Source of the DNA: an uncultured Bacteroidota bacterium
GTDB lineage: Bacteria > Bacteroidota > Bacteroidia > UBA4408
Direction: 5' to 3'
DNA length: 64,000 nucleotides
NCBI GenBank assembly: GCA_903831265.1
Contig: CAIKXD010000028.1
Span: forward strand, 9,414-73,413
Position 1 is the stretch's first letter, and every line of letters starts with the position of its first letter. A program made the translations under genes and the position numbers. Below the pieces are notes generated by a model. It searched no databases. It had not been told where the DNA came from and saw nothing but the letters and a program-made list of their open reading frames with translations. Below are positions 50,940 to 61,505 of the stretch, piece after piece.

Positions 50940-52103
50940 ATGATGAAAGTATTTTACAAATTTACAATCTTACTACTTACTGTATGCAGCTTATCTGCTT
51001 GCAAAAAAAAGGATTTACCGGCAGTTGAAGAGGGTACTCCAGTATTTATGATAGATAGTAAAGTAAACGGAAGTGCAGTAAACATTGCTGCAGGTAAAGC
51101 AGATTATTTTATGTTTACCTCACATAATTTAGACGGCTTGGGCATTAATGTACTAAGCGGAACATTAAGCAACAAACAATGCGAAAACTGCAATCATGTC
51201 TTTACTATTTCATATAGAGATAGTTATTATAGAAACAATCTTATGATTAATAATATTGAATCTGTTTTAAAGCCGGGTAACTTTAATTTTTACAATGGGG
51301 TTGATACTTTAGGCAATAATACCGTTCAGGGAACTGTAGTTAATTTTACCGCCTATGCCCCCGCTGGCACCAACTATACTTACAGTTGGAATTTTGGTGA
51401 TGGCGGAACCTCAACGCTTGCTAACCCAACACATCAATATACCGAGCCAGCCGATTACAATGTTTGTTTAACAGTAAGCAGTGCAGGTTATCCATCAAAA
51501 ACAATTTGCAATACCATTGCCATGGATACCATGTGCCGATTTCAGTTTAACCAAAGTGCCAGTCAAAATTATGTTAACTTTTTTACCATCGGCAACGCTA
51601 ATTCTTATGCATGGAATTTTGGCGATACTGTTGGTTTTTCTGTGAGTGGGCAAACAACCTCACATACCTACAACCAGGCGGGTATTTATAGAGTTACACT
51701 AAAAGATACTTTAGCTGGTTTAAGTTGTAATAATGTTTTTGAAAAAGATTTATTGATTGGTAATTTTACGGGCAATGAAGTGGCTGCAGGATTTAATTAC
51801 AACTATGCTACTATTACTCCAATGGCTCCGTTGCCTGCTGACAGTGGTTTTGGAAAAGTAGTGGTGAACTACACTGCGCCAAATGGAAATAAATATAGTA
51901 CTTACAATGCTTTTGTTGCACACAATCAAATAAACAATAACTTTGTAGTAAGCAAAGCAAGTCCCTATCAAAACAATAGTTTAGGCCAAAAAACCTACAA
52001 AATGGAAGGTAGTTTTAAAGCTTGGTTTTATAATGTAAACAATGCAAACGATTCAATATTCATAGAAACATCTAAATTTATTATGGGAGTAGCTTTCCCT
52101 TAA
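50940..52103 (+). CDS. PKD domain lipoprotein
   Basis: Lipobox LSAC; two YxWNFGD...H.Y..G.Y.V.L PKD motifs; start at 50940. Confidence 0.85.
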   Translation: MMKVFYKFTILLLTVCSLSACKKKDLPAVEEGTPVFMIDSKVNGSAVNIAAGKADYFMFTSHNLDGLGINVLSGTLSNKQCENCNHVFTISYRDSYYRNNLMINNIESVLKPGNFNFYNGVDTLGNNTVQGTVVNFTAYAPAGTNYTYSWNFGDGGTSTLANPTHQYTEPADYNVCLTVSSAGYPSKTICNTIAMDTMCRFQFNQSASQNYVNFFTIGNANSYAWNFGDTVGFSVSGQTTSHTYNQAGIYRVTLKDTLAGLSCNNVFEKDLLIGNFTGNEVAAGFNYNYATITPMAPLPADSGFGKVVVNYTAPNGNKYSTYNAFVAHNQINNNFVVSKASPYQNNSLGQKTYKMEGSFKAWFYNVNNANDSIFIETSKFIMGVAFP

Positions 52104-52127
52104 ATTAACTTTTAAAACCAATACACC

Positions 52128-54827
52128 ATGAAAAAAAGATTTACTTTATCTGTTTTAGCAACATGTTTTATAATGTTGCTATTTAATTTAAAACTTCAAG
52201 CACAAAGCTGTGAAGCAGGTTTTAGTTATACGCCGCCAGATCCAAATGGAGTAGTTGTTTTTCAGGATACTTCGTGGTCGCAAGATCCAATACTTACTTG
52301 GCAATGGGATTTTGGCAATGGTACCGTAGGTCAAGGTCCAATTTGCACTGTGCAATATACTGCCAATGGCACTTACCAAGTTTGTTTAATTATTGAAAGT
52401 GCTACTTGTATTGATACAGTTTGTCAGTATGTTGCGGTAACATTGGCCAACCCTTGTACATTAAATGGAGCAGTTTATTTAATTGGTCCACCACCACAAA
52501 ATACCCTTTCGGCCGATTTTACAGGAGGCACACCGCCTTATTCTTACTCGTGGAACAATGCTGCCAATACACAAATAATTACCGCTACAGGATATATGAA
52601 CTACTGTGTTACAGTTACTGATGCTGCAGGTTGTAGTTCAACTGCTTGTTATAATTACACTTCAAACTGCAATTTAGTTGGAGTAATTTCTTACGACTCT
52701 TTAGCTAATACTTTAAGTGCAGTTGCAACACTTGGTCAACCACCTTACACCTATTCATGGACAAATGGTTCAACACAGCCTGTGATAAGCCCTGTAATAG
52801 CGGGCAATTACTGTGTTATAATTACTGATGCCCAAGGGTGTAATTTTACCACATGCTACAATTATGCGCCATTTGGATGTAATAGTGTGTTTACTTATAC
52901 TATGATTTCGCCTGGTGAATATGCTTTTTACTCTAATGCAGCGCCAACAGCACAAACCATTTGGGACTTTGGTGATGGTTCGCCTGTTGATACCATTATT
53001 GGCAACCAAATTACACATACATATTTATCTACAATGACTTACCAAGTTTGTATGACTGAGCTTGGATGTGCTCCTTATTGCGCTCCAATTTATGCACAAG
53101 GCAATCCAACATCTGTATTATGCGGCACCGTTTTTAACGATGCCAATGGCAATAGTATTATCGACACCACTGAAACTGGCTTAGGCGGCATTTACTTATT
53201 TATTTACGGTGCTGGAACGCAACAAACAGTTTTCAGCGATAGTATTACAGGTAATTTTTCATTTAATCTACCGGCCGGTACTTATACCGTTCAATTGTGT
53301 TCGAGTGGCAGTTTACTTCAAAATTCAATTATTACAGTGCCAGCACCTTTGCCTACTGTGCCACCAAATAATTGCGCTTCTTATAATGTTACTATTGGTG
53401 CTAATGATACCATTTGTGGCTTAAACTTTGGCGTATTTACAAATGCCTCAACGGTTTCGGGCACTTTATTTTATGATATCAATAATAACGGCATATTGGA
53501 TGGTAGCGAAACAGGTTTGCCTTATCAAATAGTGCAAATAGGTGCATACACGGCTTACACCGATGCCAATGGTTTTTACAGTATTTCTTTACCTATAGGT
53601 AATTATACTATTTCATACACGCCAACAGGTTACTATAGTTCTGGAACAATAACCACAAGCAATGTAGTAGCCAATGTTACTCAAAATGGCCAAACTTATG
53701 GCAACAATAACATTGGTTTATATATGACCCCTGGGCAAGTAGATTTAGGAATTACAATATCTCCAAGTACCACTGTTACCCCTGGTTTTGGTGCATGGTA
53801 CAGTATAAATGTTTGCAATAATGGTACAACTCCAACAGGTGCCACTGTATTGATGCAGTATGATGCGGTTTTAACACCAAACTATCAAAGCCCAGCCGGT
53901 TCAAGTGTAAATACAACCAATAATTTAATTACTTGGAATGTGGCTAATATTAACCCAGGGGCATGCTATTATATTTGGGTATCTTTTAACGCATTGCTTA
54001 GTGCACAATTAGGCGCAAGCACTATTGAATTTGTAAGTGTTAATCCTACAACTGGTATTGATAATAATGCAAGCAACAATACAGATACCATTCATCAAAT
54101 TGTGGTTGGCTCTTGGGATCCAAACAATAAGTTAGTTGCATACAGCAATACCAATGATCCTAATTTTCAAATGGTGGCTAGTACCACGCCAAATCAGGAA
54201 ATACGTTATACAGTTAACTTTCAAAATACAGGCACTGCACCGGCATATAACGTAGTTGTAGTTGATGAAATGTCGAGCAATTTAGATGTAAATTCATATC
54301 AATTTATTGGCGCTAGTCATAATTGCCAAATTATTAGAAATGGCAATACTACTACTTATAAATTTATGGGAATTATGTTGCCCGATTCAACCAACAACGA
54401 GCCAGAAAGTCATGGTTCAATTACCTATAAATTAAACGCATTAAGCAGTTTAAACATTGGTGATCAAATAATTGATTATGCCAACATCTACTTTGATTTT
54501 AATGCACCTGTGTTAACCGAAGATGCCGTGATTACTATTGTTGGCCCAACTGCAGCAGGTTCAATTTTGAATAATAATCAAGTGTATGTTTATCCAAATC
54601 CGGCAGAAGAATTTGTAAATTTAAATGTACAAGCGCAAGCAGATGGCAATGTGGCTATCAACATTACGGATGCTACCGGAAAAGTTTGTTTACAACAACA
54701 AAGAACCTTAAAGGCGGGTTATAATAAATTGCTGATAAACACAGCTGAGCTAAGCCAGGGCATTTACTTTGTGCAAACAACTACAAATGATGGAGTAGTT
54801 AAAACTGCTAAGTTGAGTATTAAATAA
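52128..54827 (+). CDS. T9SS type-A adhesin-like protein (PKD, SprB-like, SdrD-B-like and DUF11-like domains, CTD)
   Basis: WDFG motifs, GGTPPYSYSW, GTVFND.NGN..D..E.GL, SWDPNNK, YTVNFQNTGTA, ANIYFDFN, VYPNPA..GIYFV. Confidence 0.88.
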   Translation: MKKRFTLSVLATCFIMLLFNLKLQAQSCEAGFSYTPPDPNGVVVFQDTSWSQDPILTWQWDFGNGTVGQGPICTVQYTANGTYQVCLIIESATCIDTVCQYVAVTLANPCTLNGAVYLIGPPPQNTLSADFTGGTPPYSYSWNNAANTQIITATGYMNYCVTVTDAAGCSSTACYNYTSNCNLVGVISYDSLANTLSAVATLGQPPYTYSWTNGSTQPVISPVIAGNYCVIITDAQGCNFTTCYNYAPFGCNSVFTYTMISPGEYAFYSNAAPTAQTIWDFGDGSPVDTIIGNQITHTYLSTMTYQVCMTELGCAPYCAPIYAQGNPTSVLCGTVFNDANGNSIIDTTETGLGGIYLFIYGAGTQQTVFSDSITGNFSFNLPAGTYTVQLCSSGSLLQNSIITVPAPLPTVPPNNCASYNVTIGANDTICGLNFGVFTNASTVSGTLFYDINNNGILDGSETGLPYQIVQIGAYTAYTDANGFYSISLPIGNYTISYTPTGYYSSGTITTSNVVANVTQNGQTYGNNNIGLYMTPGQVDLGITISPSTTVTPGFGAWYSINVCNNGTTPTGATVLMQYDAVLTPNYQSPAGSSVNTTNNLITWNVANINPGACYYIWVSFNALLSAQLGASTIEFVSVNPTTGIDNNASNNTDTIHQIVVGSWDPNNKLVAYSNTNDPNFQMVASTTPNQEIRYTVNFQNTGTAPAYNVVVVDEMSSNLDVNSYQFIGASHNCQIIRNGNTTTYKFMGIMLPDSTNNEPESHGSITYKLNALSSLNIGDQIIDYANIYFDFNAPVLTEDAVITIVGPTAAGSILNNNQVYVYPNPAEEFVNLNVQAQADGNVAINITDATGKVCLQQQRTLKAGYNKLLINTAELSQGIYFVQTTTNDGVVKTAKLSIK

Positions 54828-54846
54828 CAAGTAAAGTGTAATAAGG

Positions 54847-54875
54847 AAAAGCGCTGCTTCGGTGGCGCTTTTTTT
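54847..54875. terminator. Bidirectional intrinsic terminator
   Basis: AAAAGCGCTGC-TTCG-GTGGCGCTTTTTTT between convergent genes. Confidence 0.8.
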
Positions 54876-56493
54876 ATGCTTGTAAATGAGTCAAATTAAA
54901 ATTAACCCCATCAAATAATCCTTTATCACTCAGTTTCAAGGCAGGAATAACCAACAAGGCCATAAACGATAAACTCATAAAAGGTGCATCTAATTTGCAA
55001 CCCAATTCTTTGGCTTTATAGTGCAGCGATTGATAACCTGCGGCCACTTCATCAACCGATTTATTGCTCATGATACCCGCTACTGGCAAAGGAAGCACAT
55101 CTTTACCATGTTGGTGCGCTACTGAAATGCCCCCTTTACTTTCGATAATTAAATTGATGGCTTGGGCTAATGATTCATCATCAACACCTACGGCCACAAT
55201 ATTATGGCTATCGTGTGCAATACAACTAGCAATGGCGCCTTCTTTTAAACCAAAATTCTTTATAAATGCTACTGATGGTGGCGCATTAAAATAGCGATTT
55301 ACCACCACAATTTTTAAAATATCTTTGGTGATATCGGTAGTTAAAACACCTTCAATAATAGGCAACGTATCAACAACACAGGCAGTAATTAATTGCCTAT
55401 TAAAAGCTTCTATAATTTTTATTTTTCCGTTGCTTGATTTTAACTCCAATTGCTTTGCTGTGATGGCATGGCAGTTAAATTGGTTAATAATATGAAAGGG
55501 TTTGGTTTCGATATTACTGATATGATTTTGCGCTACACAATTCCCTTTGATGTAGGTTTGCTTTACTTTAAATTCTTTTAAATTATTGATCACAATAAAA
55601 TCGGCATCATCATTTACTTTGAGTTGGCCAACTGGCAGTTTATAATGCTTTACAGGCAAAATACAAGCAGCATGTAACACATCATACAAGTCGTAACCTT
55701 GATTAATGGCGCGCAATACCAATTGGTTGATATGGCCTAATAATAAATCATCGGGATGTTTATCATCAGAACAAAACATAATTTGCTTTGGAAAAACTTT
55801 TAACAAAGGAATTAATGCATCAAAGTTTTTAGCGGCACTGCCTTCTCTAATGATGACTTTCATGCCTAATTTTAATTTTTCGAGACCTTCGTTATAGGTA
55901 AAACACTCATGATCGGTGCTGATGCCTGCGCTGATGTATTGCTCTAAATCGTTTCCTGTAAGGCCTGGTGCATGGCCATCTACAGGTTTGTTTACTTTGT
56001 GTGCTGCACTTACTTTCTGCATTATTTCTGCATCGCGGTGAATGACTGCGGGGTAATTCATTACCTCGGCCAAATACCAAATATCTTTTGATTGCATTAA
56101 TGCTTCAATACCTTTAGCATCAATGCTTGCACCTGCTGTTTCAAAGGAAGTAGCAGGAACACAACTTGGCGCACCAAAAAAGAAATTGAATGGCACTGTT
56201 TTGCTATTTTCGATCACGTAATTTACTCCATCAATGCCCATTACATTAGCTATTTCGTGCGGATCGCTTACTGTGCCCACTGTGCCATGTAATACGGCTA
56301 CTTTAGCAAATTCTGAAGGCAATACCATACTGCTTTCGATATGGATATGTGCATCAATAAAACCAGGAAGTATATAATCTTCTAGTTCTTCATCAATGGC
56401 TTGCACCGTAACTATTTTAGATCCATCTATAGTGATGGCCGCTGCATATATATTACGATTCTCAATATCGATGTAATTGGCTTTTATAATCAA
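54874..56493 (-). CDS. ade: Adenine deaminase
   Basis: PGFIDAHIHIESSM, DPHEIANV, DGHAPG, TDHEC, REGSAA, SDD, AHDSHN. Confidence 0.95.
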   Translation of the reverse strand: MIIKANYIDIENRNIYAAAITIDGSKIVTVQAIDEELEDYILPGFIDAHIHIESSMVLPSEFAKVAVLHGTVGTVSDPHEIANVMGIDGVNYVIENSKTVPFNFFFGAPSCVPATSFETAGASIDAKGIEALMQSKDIWYLAEVMNYPAVIHRDAEIMQKVSAAHKVNKPVDGHAPGLTGNDLEQYISAGISTDHECFTYNEGLEKLKLGMKVIIREGSAAKNFDALIPLLKVFPKQIMFCSDDKHPDDLLLGHINQLVLRAINQGYDLYDVLHAACILPVKHYKLPVGQLKVNDDADFIVINNLKEFKVKQTYIKGNCVAQNHISNIETKPFHIINQFNCHAITAKQLELKSSNGKIKIIEAFNRQLITACVVDTLPIIEGVLTTDITKDILKIVVVNRYFNAPPSVAFIKNFGLKEGAIASCIAHDSHNIVAVGVDDESLAQAINLIIESKGGISVAHQHGKDVLPLPVAGIMSNKSVDEVAAGYQSLHYKAKELGCKLDAPFMSLSFMALLVIPALKLSDKGLFDGVNFNLTHLQA

Positions 56494-56494
56494 A

Positions 56495-57025
56495 TTATAG
56501 GGTATTATTATCGTTTTTAAACCAAGTGCTGTACATTAAATAATTGTTGGCAATACGCTGCACTTCGCCTTTAAATAGTTCTTCGCTTAATTGTTTTACT
56601 TTTTTTGCAGGAATACCAGCATAAACAGAACCTGCCTCAACCACTGTATTTTCGAGTACTACTGCACCCGCGGCTATAATACAATTTTCATGTATAACAA
56701 CATTATCCATAATGATAGCACCCATGCCAATGAGCACATTATCATGCACGGTGCAACCATGCACAATGGCATTATGCCCAATGGAAACATTATTGCCTAA
56801 TACCACTTTTGTTTTTTGATAGGTGCAATGAATGACAGCACCATCCTGTACGTTTACTTTATTGCCCATGGTAATGCTATTTACATCGCCTCTTACCACG
56901 GCATTGAACCAAAAGCTACAATCATTTCCCGCAACTACTTGGCCCACAATGGTGGCGTTAGGTGCAATAAAACAATTTTCACCAAACTGCGGGCTAACGC
57001 CATTTACAGGTAAAATAACACTCAT
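56495..57025 (-). CDS. Gamma carbonic anhydrase family protein
   Basis: WFNAVVRGDVN, NVQDGAVIH, GHNAIVHGC hexapeptide repeats. Confidence 0.92.
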   Translation of the reverse strand: MSVILPVNGVSPQFGENCFIAPNATIVGQVVAGNDCSFWFNAVVRGDVNSITMGNKVNVQDGAVIHCTYQKTKVVLGNNVSIGHNAIVHGCTVHDNVLIGMGAIIMDNVVIHENCIIAAGAVVLENTVVEAGSVYAGIPAKKVKQLSEELFKGEVQRIANNYLMYSTWFKNDNNTL

Positions 57026-57046
57026 ATTAATATTTTTAGGAGATAA

Positions 57047-58300
57047 CTATTCTAAAATTTTAAGTTCCAGCAAATCAATTTTATTGCCTGCCACTTGTTT
57101 TATGGTAAAAGAAAAAGGATGTAACTCTATCACTTCATTTAATTGTGGTACACTGCCGTGATATTGCAAAATTAATCCTGCTAATGTTTCGTATTCTTCG
57201 CCAATAGGCAATTCAAGTTGATATTTATTATTGATATAATCTACTTCTAACCTGCCCGAAAGTATATATTCTATGTCTGAAATTTTCTTATCAATCAAAT
57301 CTTGTTTATCGTGTTCATCATCAATTTCTCCAAATATTTCTTCCATCACATCTTCAATGGTAAGCATACCGGCTGTGCCACCAAACTCGTCTACAACCAC
57401 GGCAACACTTCTTCTTTGTTGTTTTAGTAAAGTAAGAATTTCGCGCGCGTGCATCGTTTCGGGCACAATAGAAATGGGCAACAACACTTCTCTTATTGTT
57501 TTTGGGCGTTTAAACATTTCTGATGAATGCACGTAACCAATAATGTTATCAATACTTTCATCATAAATTAATATTTTAGAAAGATGCGTTTCTGCAAACA
57601 TTTTTTGCAAATCTGCAATTTCCTCATTTACTTCCATGCCAATCAATTCGGGGCGCGGAATCATACATTCGCGTGCTTTTACACTTCCAAATTCAAGTGC
57701 ATTCTGAAAGATTTGAATCTCATGATCATAATCATCTCTATGCGCATTAGAGGTGGTAAATTGTTTTACATAGTTATCTAAATCAATCCTGCCAAAGGTT
57801 ACCGCATTTTGCTCTACATTAATGCGAAAGCCATATTTCAATAAAAATTCTGCAAAACCTAAGGTGATATAAACTACTGGAAAAAGTAAAAAATAGATCA
57901 CTGCAAAAGGAATGGCCAAAAAGTTGAGCATTGCATTAGGATTGATGCTGAAAAGCGCTTTTGGAATAAACTCTGCCGTTACCACAATGATAAATGTGGA
58001 AATAAGTACACTTAAAATTAAGACCCCAAACTGCGAGTGAATATATTGATGAAAGAATGGCTCCAAAATAGCTGCAGTATATATTCCATAAATAACCAAA
58101 GTAGTATTATTGCCAACTAATGTTGCTGCAATAAAACGTTGCGGATTACGCATAAAAAATGAAATAATTTTAGCGGGAAAAAAACCCTGATTACTTTCTA
58201 ACTCCACTCTTAATTTATTGGAAGTAAGAAAAGCAATTTCGATACCCGAAAAAAATGCAGAAGATAAAATGGCAATTAATATGATGCTTAATGAGCTCAA
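57047..58300 (-). CDS. Hemolysin-family CNNM/CBS/CorC membrane protein
   Basis: SAFFSGIEIAF, LVGNN, AEFIPK, VVDEFGGTAG..TIED, YETLAG. Confidence 0.92.
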   Translation of the reverse strand: MSSLSIILIAILSSAFFSGIEIAFLTSNKLRVELESNQGFFPAKIISFFMRNPQRFIAATLVGNNTTLVIYGIYTAAILEPFFHQYIHSQFGVLILSVLISTFIIVVTAEFIPKALFSINPNAMLNFLAIPFAVIYFLLFPVVYITLGFAEFLLKYGFRINVEQNAVTFGRIDLDNYVKQFTTSNAHRDDYDHEIQIFQNALEFGSVKARECMIPRPELIGMEVNEEIADLQKMFAETHLSKILIYDESIDNIIGYVHSSEMFKRPKTIREVLLPISIVPETMHAREILTLLKQQRRSVAVVVDEFGGTAGMLTIEDVMEEIFGEIDDEHDKQDLIDKKISDIEYILSGRLEVDYINNKYQLELPIGEEYETLAGLILQYHGSVPQLNEVIELHPFSFTIKQVAGNKIDLLELKILE

Positions 58301-58302
58301 GG

Positions 58303-58518
58303 TTATGGTATATTGGTTATATTTTCTTGGGTGTTAACAGAAATATTTTTTATTCTTTTTTTATTTACGCCATACATATAAGCGCCTATGAAGGTAATGG
58401 CTAAAAAAATACCAGCTTCGGGCAACTTGTTGCTAGATGCATTAATAACCGCGCCAATAAGTGCGCCAATAGCAGCAATGAGCCAAATAACCTGAAGCGT
58501 TTTAAACATGTTTTTCAT
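58303..58518 (-). CDS. Small two-TM hypothetical protein
   Basis: Two hydrophobic helices plus basic tail; tightly packed between lptC and the CNNM gene. Confidence 0.7.
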   Translation of the reverse strand: MKNMFKTLQVIWLIAAIGALIGAVINASSNKLPEAGIFLAITFIGAYMYGVNKKRIKNISVNTQENITNIP

Positions 58519-58522
58519 GTTT

Positions 58523-59095
58523 CTATTTTTTTAAATTAATGGTGCCCTTCATTTTTTTAATCTTATATTTTGTAAAGCTTTGATTACTTTCTAAACCTTC
58601 GCCCATAATTATTTCATCTTTGGTGGTTATGGTTACATAAGCGTCAGAAACAATGGTTTCTTCTTTTTGATTCCATACCAAATGCTCTGTGTTCAATGTT
58701 TCGTTTTTTTCGTTTACCACAACTACTTTTCTTTTTGCTTCCATAATATTATTATCAGGAAACTGTAATACTTTAGCGTATTCTGCTGTTAAAGTAGAAT
58801 TCACTTTTTGATTGCCATCGTAAAAATACATTTTTATTCCTTTAGGCATTTCAATGTAAGGTTGTTTTTCGGCAAATCGGTTTAGTTCTTTAGCCAATAA
58901 TCGTGCTTTAATTTTTGCAGAGTCGCTGTAAAGAATTTCTACACCCTTTCCTTTCTCTAATGGCATCGCCTTTTTACTTGTAATAATTTTAACCTTTTCG
59001 ATATCATTTTCGCAAGAAACCATTGTTAAAACAGCAAGGCAAAGCATACAAAATAAATTTACCTTAGCTACGCTCCAAAACCTATTTGCATCCAT
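58523..59095 (-). CDS. lptC: LPS export periplasmic protein LptC
   Basis: YSDSAKIKARL, EMPKG, TLTAEYA, LNTEHLVWN, VTITT, G.GLESN. Confidence 0.85.
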   Translation of the reverse strand: MDANRFWSVAKVNLFCMLCLAVLTMVSCENDIEKVKIITSKKAMPLEKGKGVEILYSDSAKIKARLLAKELNRFAEKQPYIEMPKGIKMYFYDGNQKVNSTLTAEYAKVLQFPDNNIMEAKRKVVVVNEKNETLNTEHLVWNQKEETIVSDAYVTITTKDEIIMGEGLESNQSFTKYKIKKMKGTINLKK

Positions 59096-59108
59096 CTTTA
59101 GGTCTTAA

Positions 59109-60413
59109 TTAATCGTATTTAGTTTTAATAAACCAACGGTCGTTGATAGTAAAACCAACATTAATCATAAAGTAATTTTCTTTTACCAAGTTAGCTAAAG
59201 TAGTTCCCCTTCTTCCTATTTCCATTCCAATATTTACTGTTGAAACCGCTTTTCTTAAAGGAAATCCGGCACCTAAAGTAAATGCGTTTTCTAAAATTTG
59301 AGTGTCGTTTAAATAATAGGGCAAGGCTGTATTTTTATATCCAAAACGGTAATAAGTATGTCCTAAAATTCCATCGGGCGATTGACTATTAGGAAAATAT
59401 TGCAAACCAGCCGCAATAGTTCTGCTGTTTTTTAAATTACTTTGCACCCCGCTGATACTATCGGAACCCCAGTTAACCACTTTATACTCTACACTATAAT
59501 TTACCTTTGGTCCCATTTGCACATTAAACCCAAAAGTATACTGACTTGGTAAATAAGCAAAAACAGTATTCGACTCGCTATAATAAGCGGTATCTACAAG
59601 GCTCGAAGCCAAATTTGTATTGAAATATCTTTCGGAATTGATGCTTTCATCAATATTTAAATTGCCTTTAAATCCGTAACTAAATCCAAGCGTAATTTTT
59701 GTTTCATCATTAACATTAAGAGTATGCTGCAAACCTAATAAAAAGGAAAAGCCTCTCATCATTTGATACTTGGTATTTAATATATTTAAGTAGTAGCTTG
59801 TATCATTACCAATAAAACTTTTATACTCTTCGTTGGTGGTATTTCCGAAAGTAAACTCCGAATTAACACCAATGGCAAAGCCTTTCATAAGGCTATCGCT
59901 AAAAATTTTAAATGGATTGAAGCCATTGGCTATGTACAATTTATTTAAACCACCTGAACCCTTGTAGGTATTTACTATTTCTCGTTTGCCAAAAGTGGTA
60001 GTATCAGCAACTTTGTATCCTACTCCAGAATAGGGTATAATTCCGAATGAAAGTCCCCACCATTTTGTGATAGGAAAACCTACCGCTAAATAACCAAAAG
60101 AACCATTTTTATTTACAATAGTATCAGTAGTGTTGAGCTGTTGCGTAAAATTTGCGCTAATACCTGCATTAAAAGCAGTTAGCTTTAGTGCTACATTTGA
60201 TGCAGGATTATTGTAATTTAAATGAAAGGGGCCTTTTTGTGCTACTCCAGTGCCTCCAAGGGCAATATTTTGAGCAAATCCCTTAAACACTTCGGTGCCA
60301 TAACCATATCTAGAGTATATAGAGTTGGTAATGTTTTGGGCTTGCGTAAATTGCACCCACATGGCACACAAAATAAGCAGAGCAACTTTATATTTTTTAA
60401 TATTTTCTTCCAT
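59109..60413 (-). CDS. Outer-membrane beta-barrel protein (FadL-like)
   Basis: NSIYSRYG.G, NYNNPAS, PYSGVGY, GSGGLN, E.GRRGT, NDRWF.K.KYD; start uncertain (60413 or 60446). Confidence 0.75.
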   Translation of the reverse strand: MEENIKKYKVALLILCAMWVQFTQAQNITNSIYSRYGYGTEVFKGFAQNIALGGTGVAQKGPFHLNYNNPASNVALKLTAFNAGISANFTQQLNTTDTIVNKNGSFGYLAVGFPITKWWGLSFGIIPYSGVGYKVADTTTFGKREIVNTYKGSGGLNKLYIANGFNPFKIFSDSLMKGFAIGVNSEFTFGNTTNEEYKSFIGNDTSYYLNILNTKYQMMRGFSFLLGLQHTLNVNDETKITLGFSYGFKGNLNIDESINSERYFNTNLASSLVDTAYYSESNTVFAYLPSQYTFGFNVQMGPKVNYSVEYKVVNWGSDSISGVQSNLKNSRTIAAGLQYFPNSQSPDGILGHTYYRFGYKNTALPYYLNDTQILENAFTLGAGFPLRKAVSTVNIGMEIGRRGTTLANLVKENYFMINVGFTINDRWFIKTKYD

Positions 60414-60464
60414 TCTTAAACGCTGCCGACTTATTTTAAAGAGCAAGTCTCGGGCTAATATTTT

Positions 60465-61181
60465 TTATTGTTGATAGTTTAAAATACTGTTTAATCCTTT
60501 TAAAATTAAATCAGGGTCGGCAAAGATGCCATTTTTTAATCCTTTTTGCAAAAAAGCAGCATCGCCCCCTGTTAAAACTATGTTAACAGCCTCATCCATT
60601 TGCCTGTATTGCTCAATAATACCTTTTACTTCGGCTATCATTCCTAATTGCGCGCCCATTTTTAATGAACTTTGCGTGTTGTTGCCAATAAGCTCGTGAT
60701 AATTTTCATCAAAAGATATTAAAGGTAATTTATTGGTAAATTTATGCATGGCTTTAAAACGCATGGCTAAGCCCGGAGAGATGCCACCACCCAAAAAATT
60801 TCCATTTTTATCGGTATAATTATATTTGATACAAGTACCTGCATCAATTACTAAAAATGCTGTTCCTTTAAATTGTTGATAGGCCCCACAAGCTGCAGCT
60901 AGACGATCGCTGCCAAGTGTATTTACAGATTGATAAAAATTGCTAATTGGCGTTGGTGTAGTGGACTGAAAAAACTGGGGTTTCCCTAATTTTTCAATAT
61001 GTTTTATAGTTTCCTCGGGCAATTCAACCACAGTGGCCACAAGTATTTTATCAATTTCAAATTGTTTCAGAAAGTCAATTACGACAGCAATATTGGTTTC
61101 TACAAACCGCTTTTTGAGTATATCTTTCTCAAATAAGCCTGCCTTTATTCGGGTATTACCAAAATCTAAAACTAAGTTCAT
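60465..61181 (-). CDS. coaX: Type III pantothenate kinase
   Basis: LDFGNTRIK, LGSDR, IDAGT, GGGISPG, LTGGDA, LILKGL. Confidence 0.95.
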   Translation of the reverse strand: MNLVLDFGNTRIKAGLFEKDILKKRFVETNIAVVIDFLKQFEIDKILVATVVELPEETIKHIEKLGKPQFFQSTTPTPISNFYQSVNTLGSDRLAAACGAYQQFKGTAFLVIDAGTCIKYNYTDKNGNFLGGGISPGLAMRFKAMHKFTNKLPLISFDENYHELIGNNTQSSLKMGAQLGMIAEVKGIIEQYRQMDEAVNIVLTGGDAAFLQKGLKNGIFADPDLILKGLNSILNYQQ

Positions 61182-61241
61182 ATTGCAAAACTAATAAAGA
61201 CTTGCAATATAGACTAAATTTGGTTTAAATAAGCCTTAAGC

Positions 61242-61427
61242 TTAGAGCAAAAAAGCCCAAATGCCCATTCCAATAAGTAAAATCCTTAATCCAACAAAAA
61301 GATCTATCATTTGATGTACAAAATACTTGCGGATATTTTTGTTGAAAGACCAATTGAATTTACCTTTGCTTTTTACGCGATAAATTTGTTGCGTGTTGGA
61401 GTTAAAATAGTGCAATGAGTTTAACAT
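61242..61427 (-). CDS. Small hypothetical protein with C-terminal TM helix
   Basis: Own TAAATTTG box, A-rich leader and ATG; hydrophobic C-terminus LFVGLRILLIGMGIWAFLL. Confidence 0.55.
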   Translation of the reverse strand: MLNSLHYFNSNTQQIYRVKSKGKFNWSFNKNIRKYFVHQMIDLFVGLRILLIGMGIWAFLL

Positions 61428-61449
61428 GATTTCTATTTTTATTTGATGA

Positions 61450-61505
61450 CAAATTTAAACAGGTGTTATTAGTGGATAATTAAGGATGTGTTAAGGATTT
61501 GTTTA
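61450..61505 (-). promoter_or_regulatory. Promoter with three 11-bp-spaced TAAC-type repeats
   Basis: Minus strand TAAAC-AAATCC-TTAAC-ACATCC-TTAAT, ending 51/40/29 nt before the G of TAAATTTG (61450). Confidence 0.6.

Noticed and set aside
412..60419. Numerous 60-110-aa ORFs nested in or antisense to long genes
   Set aside because: Shadow frames of well-supported genes with no motifs or independent expression signals
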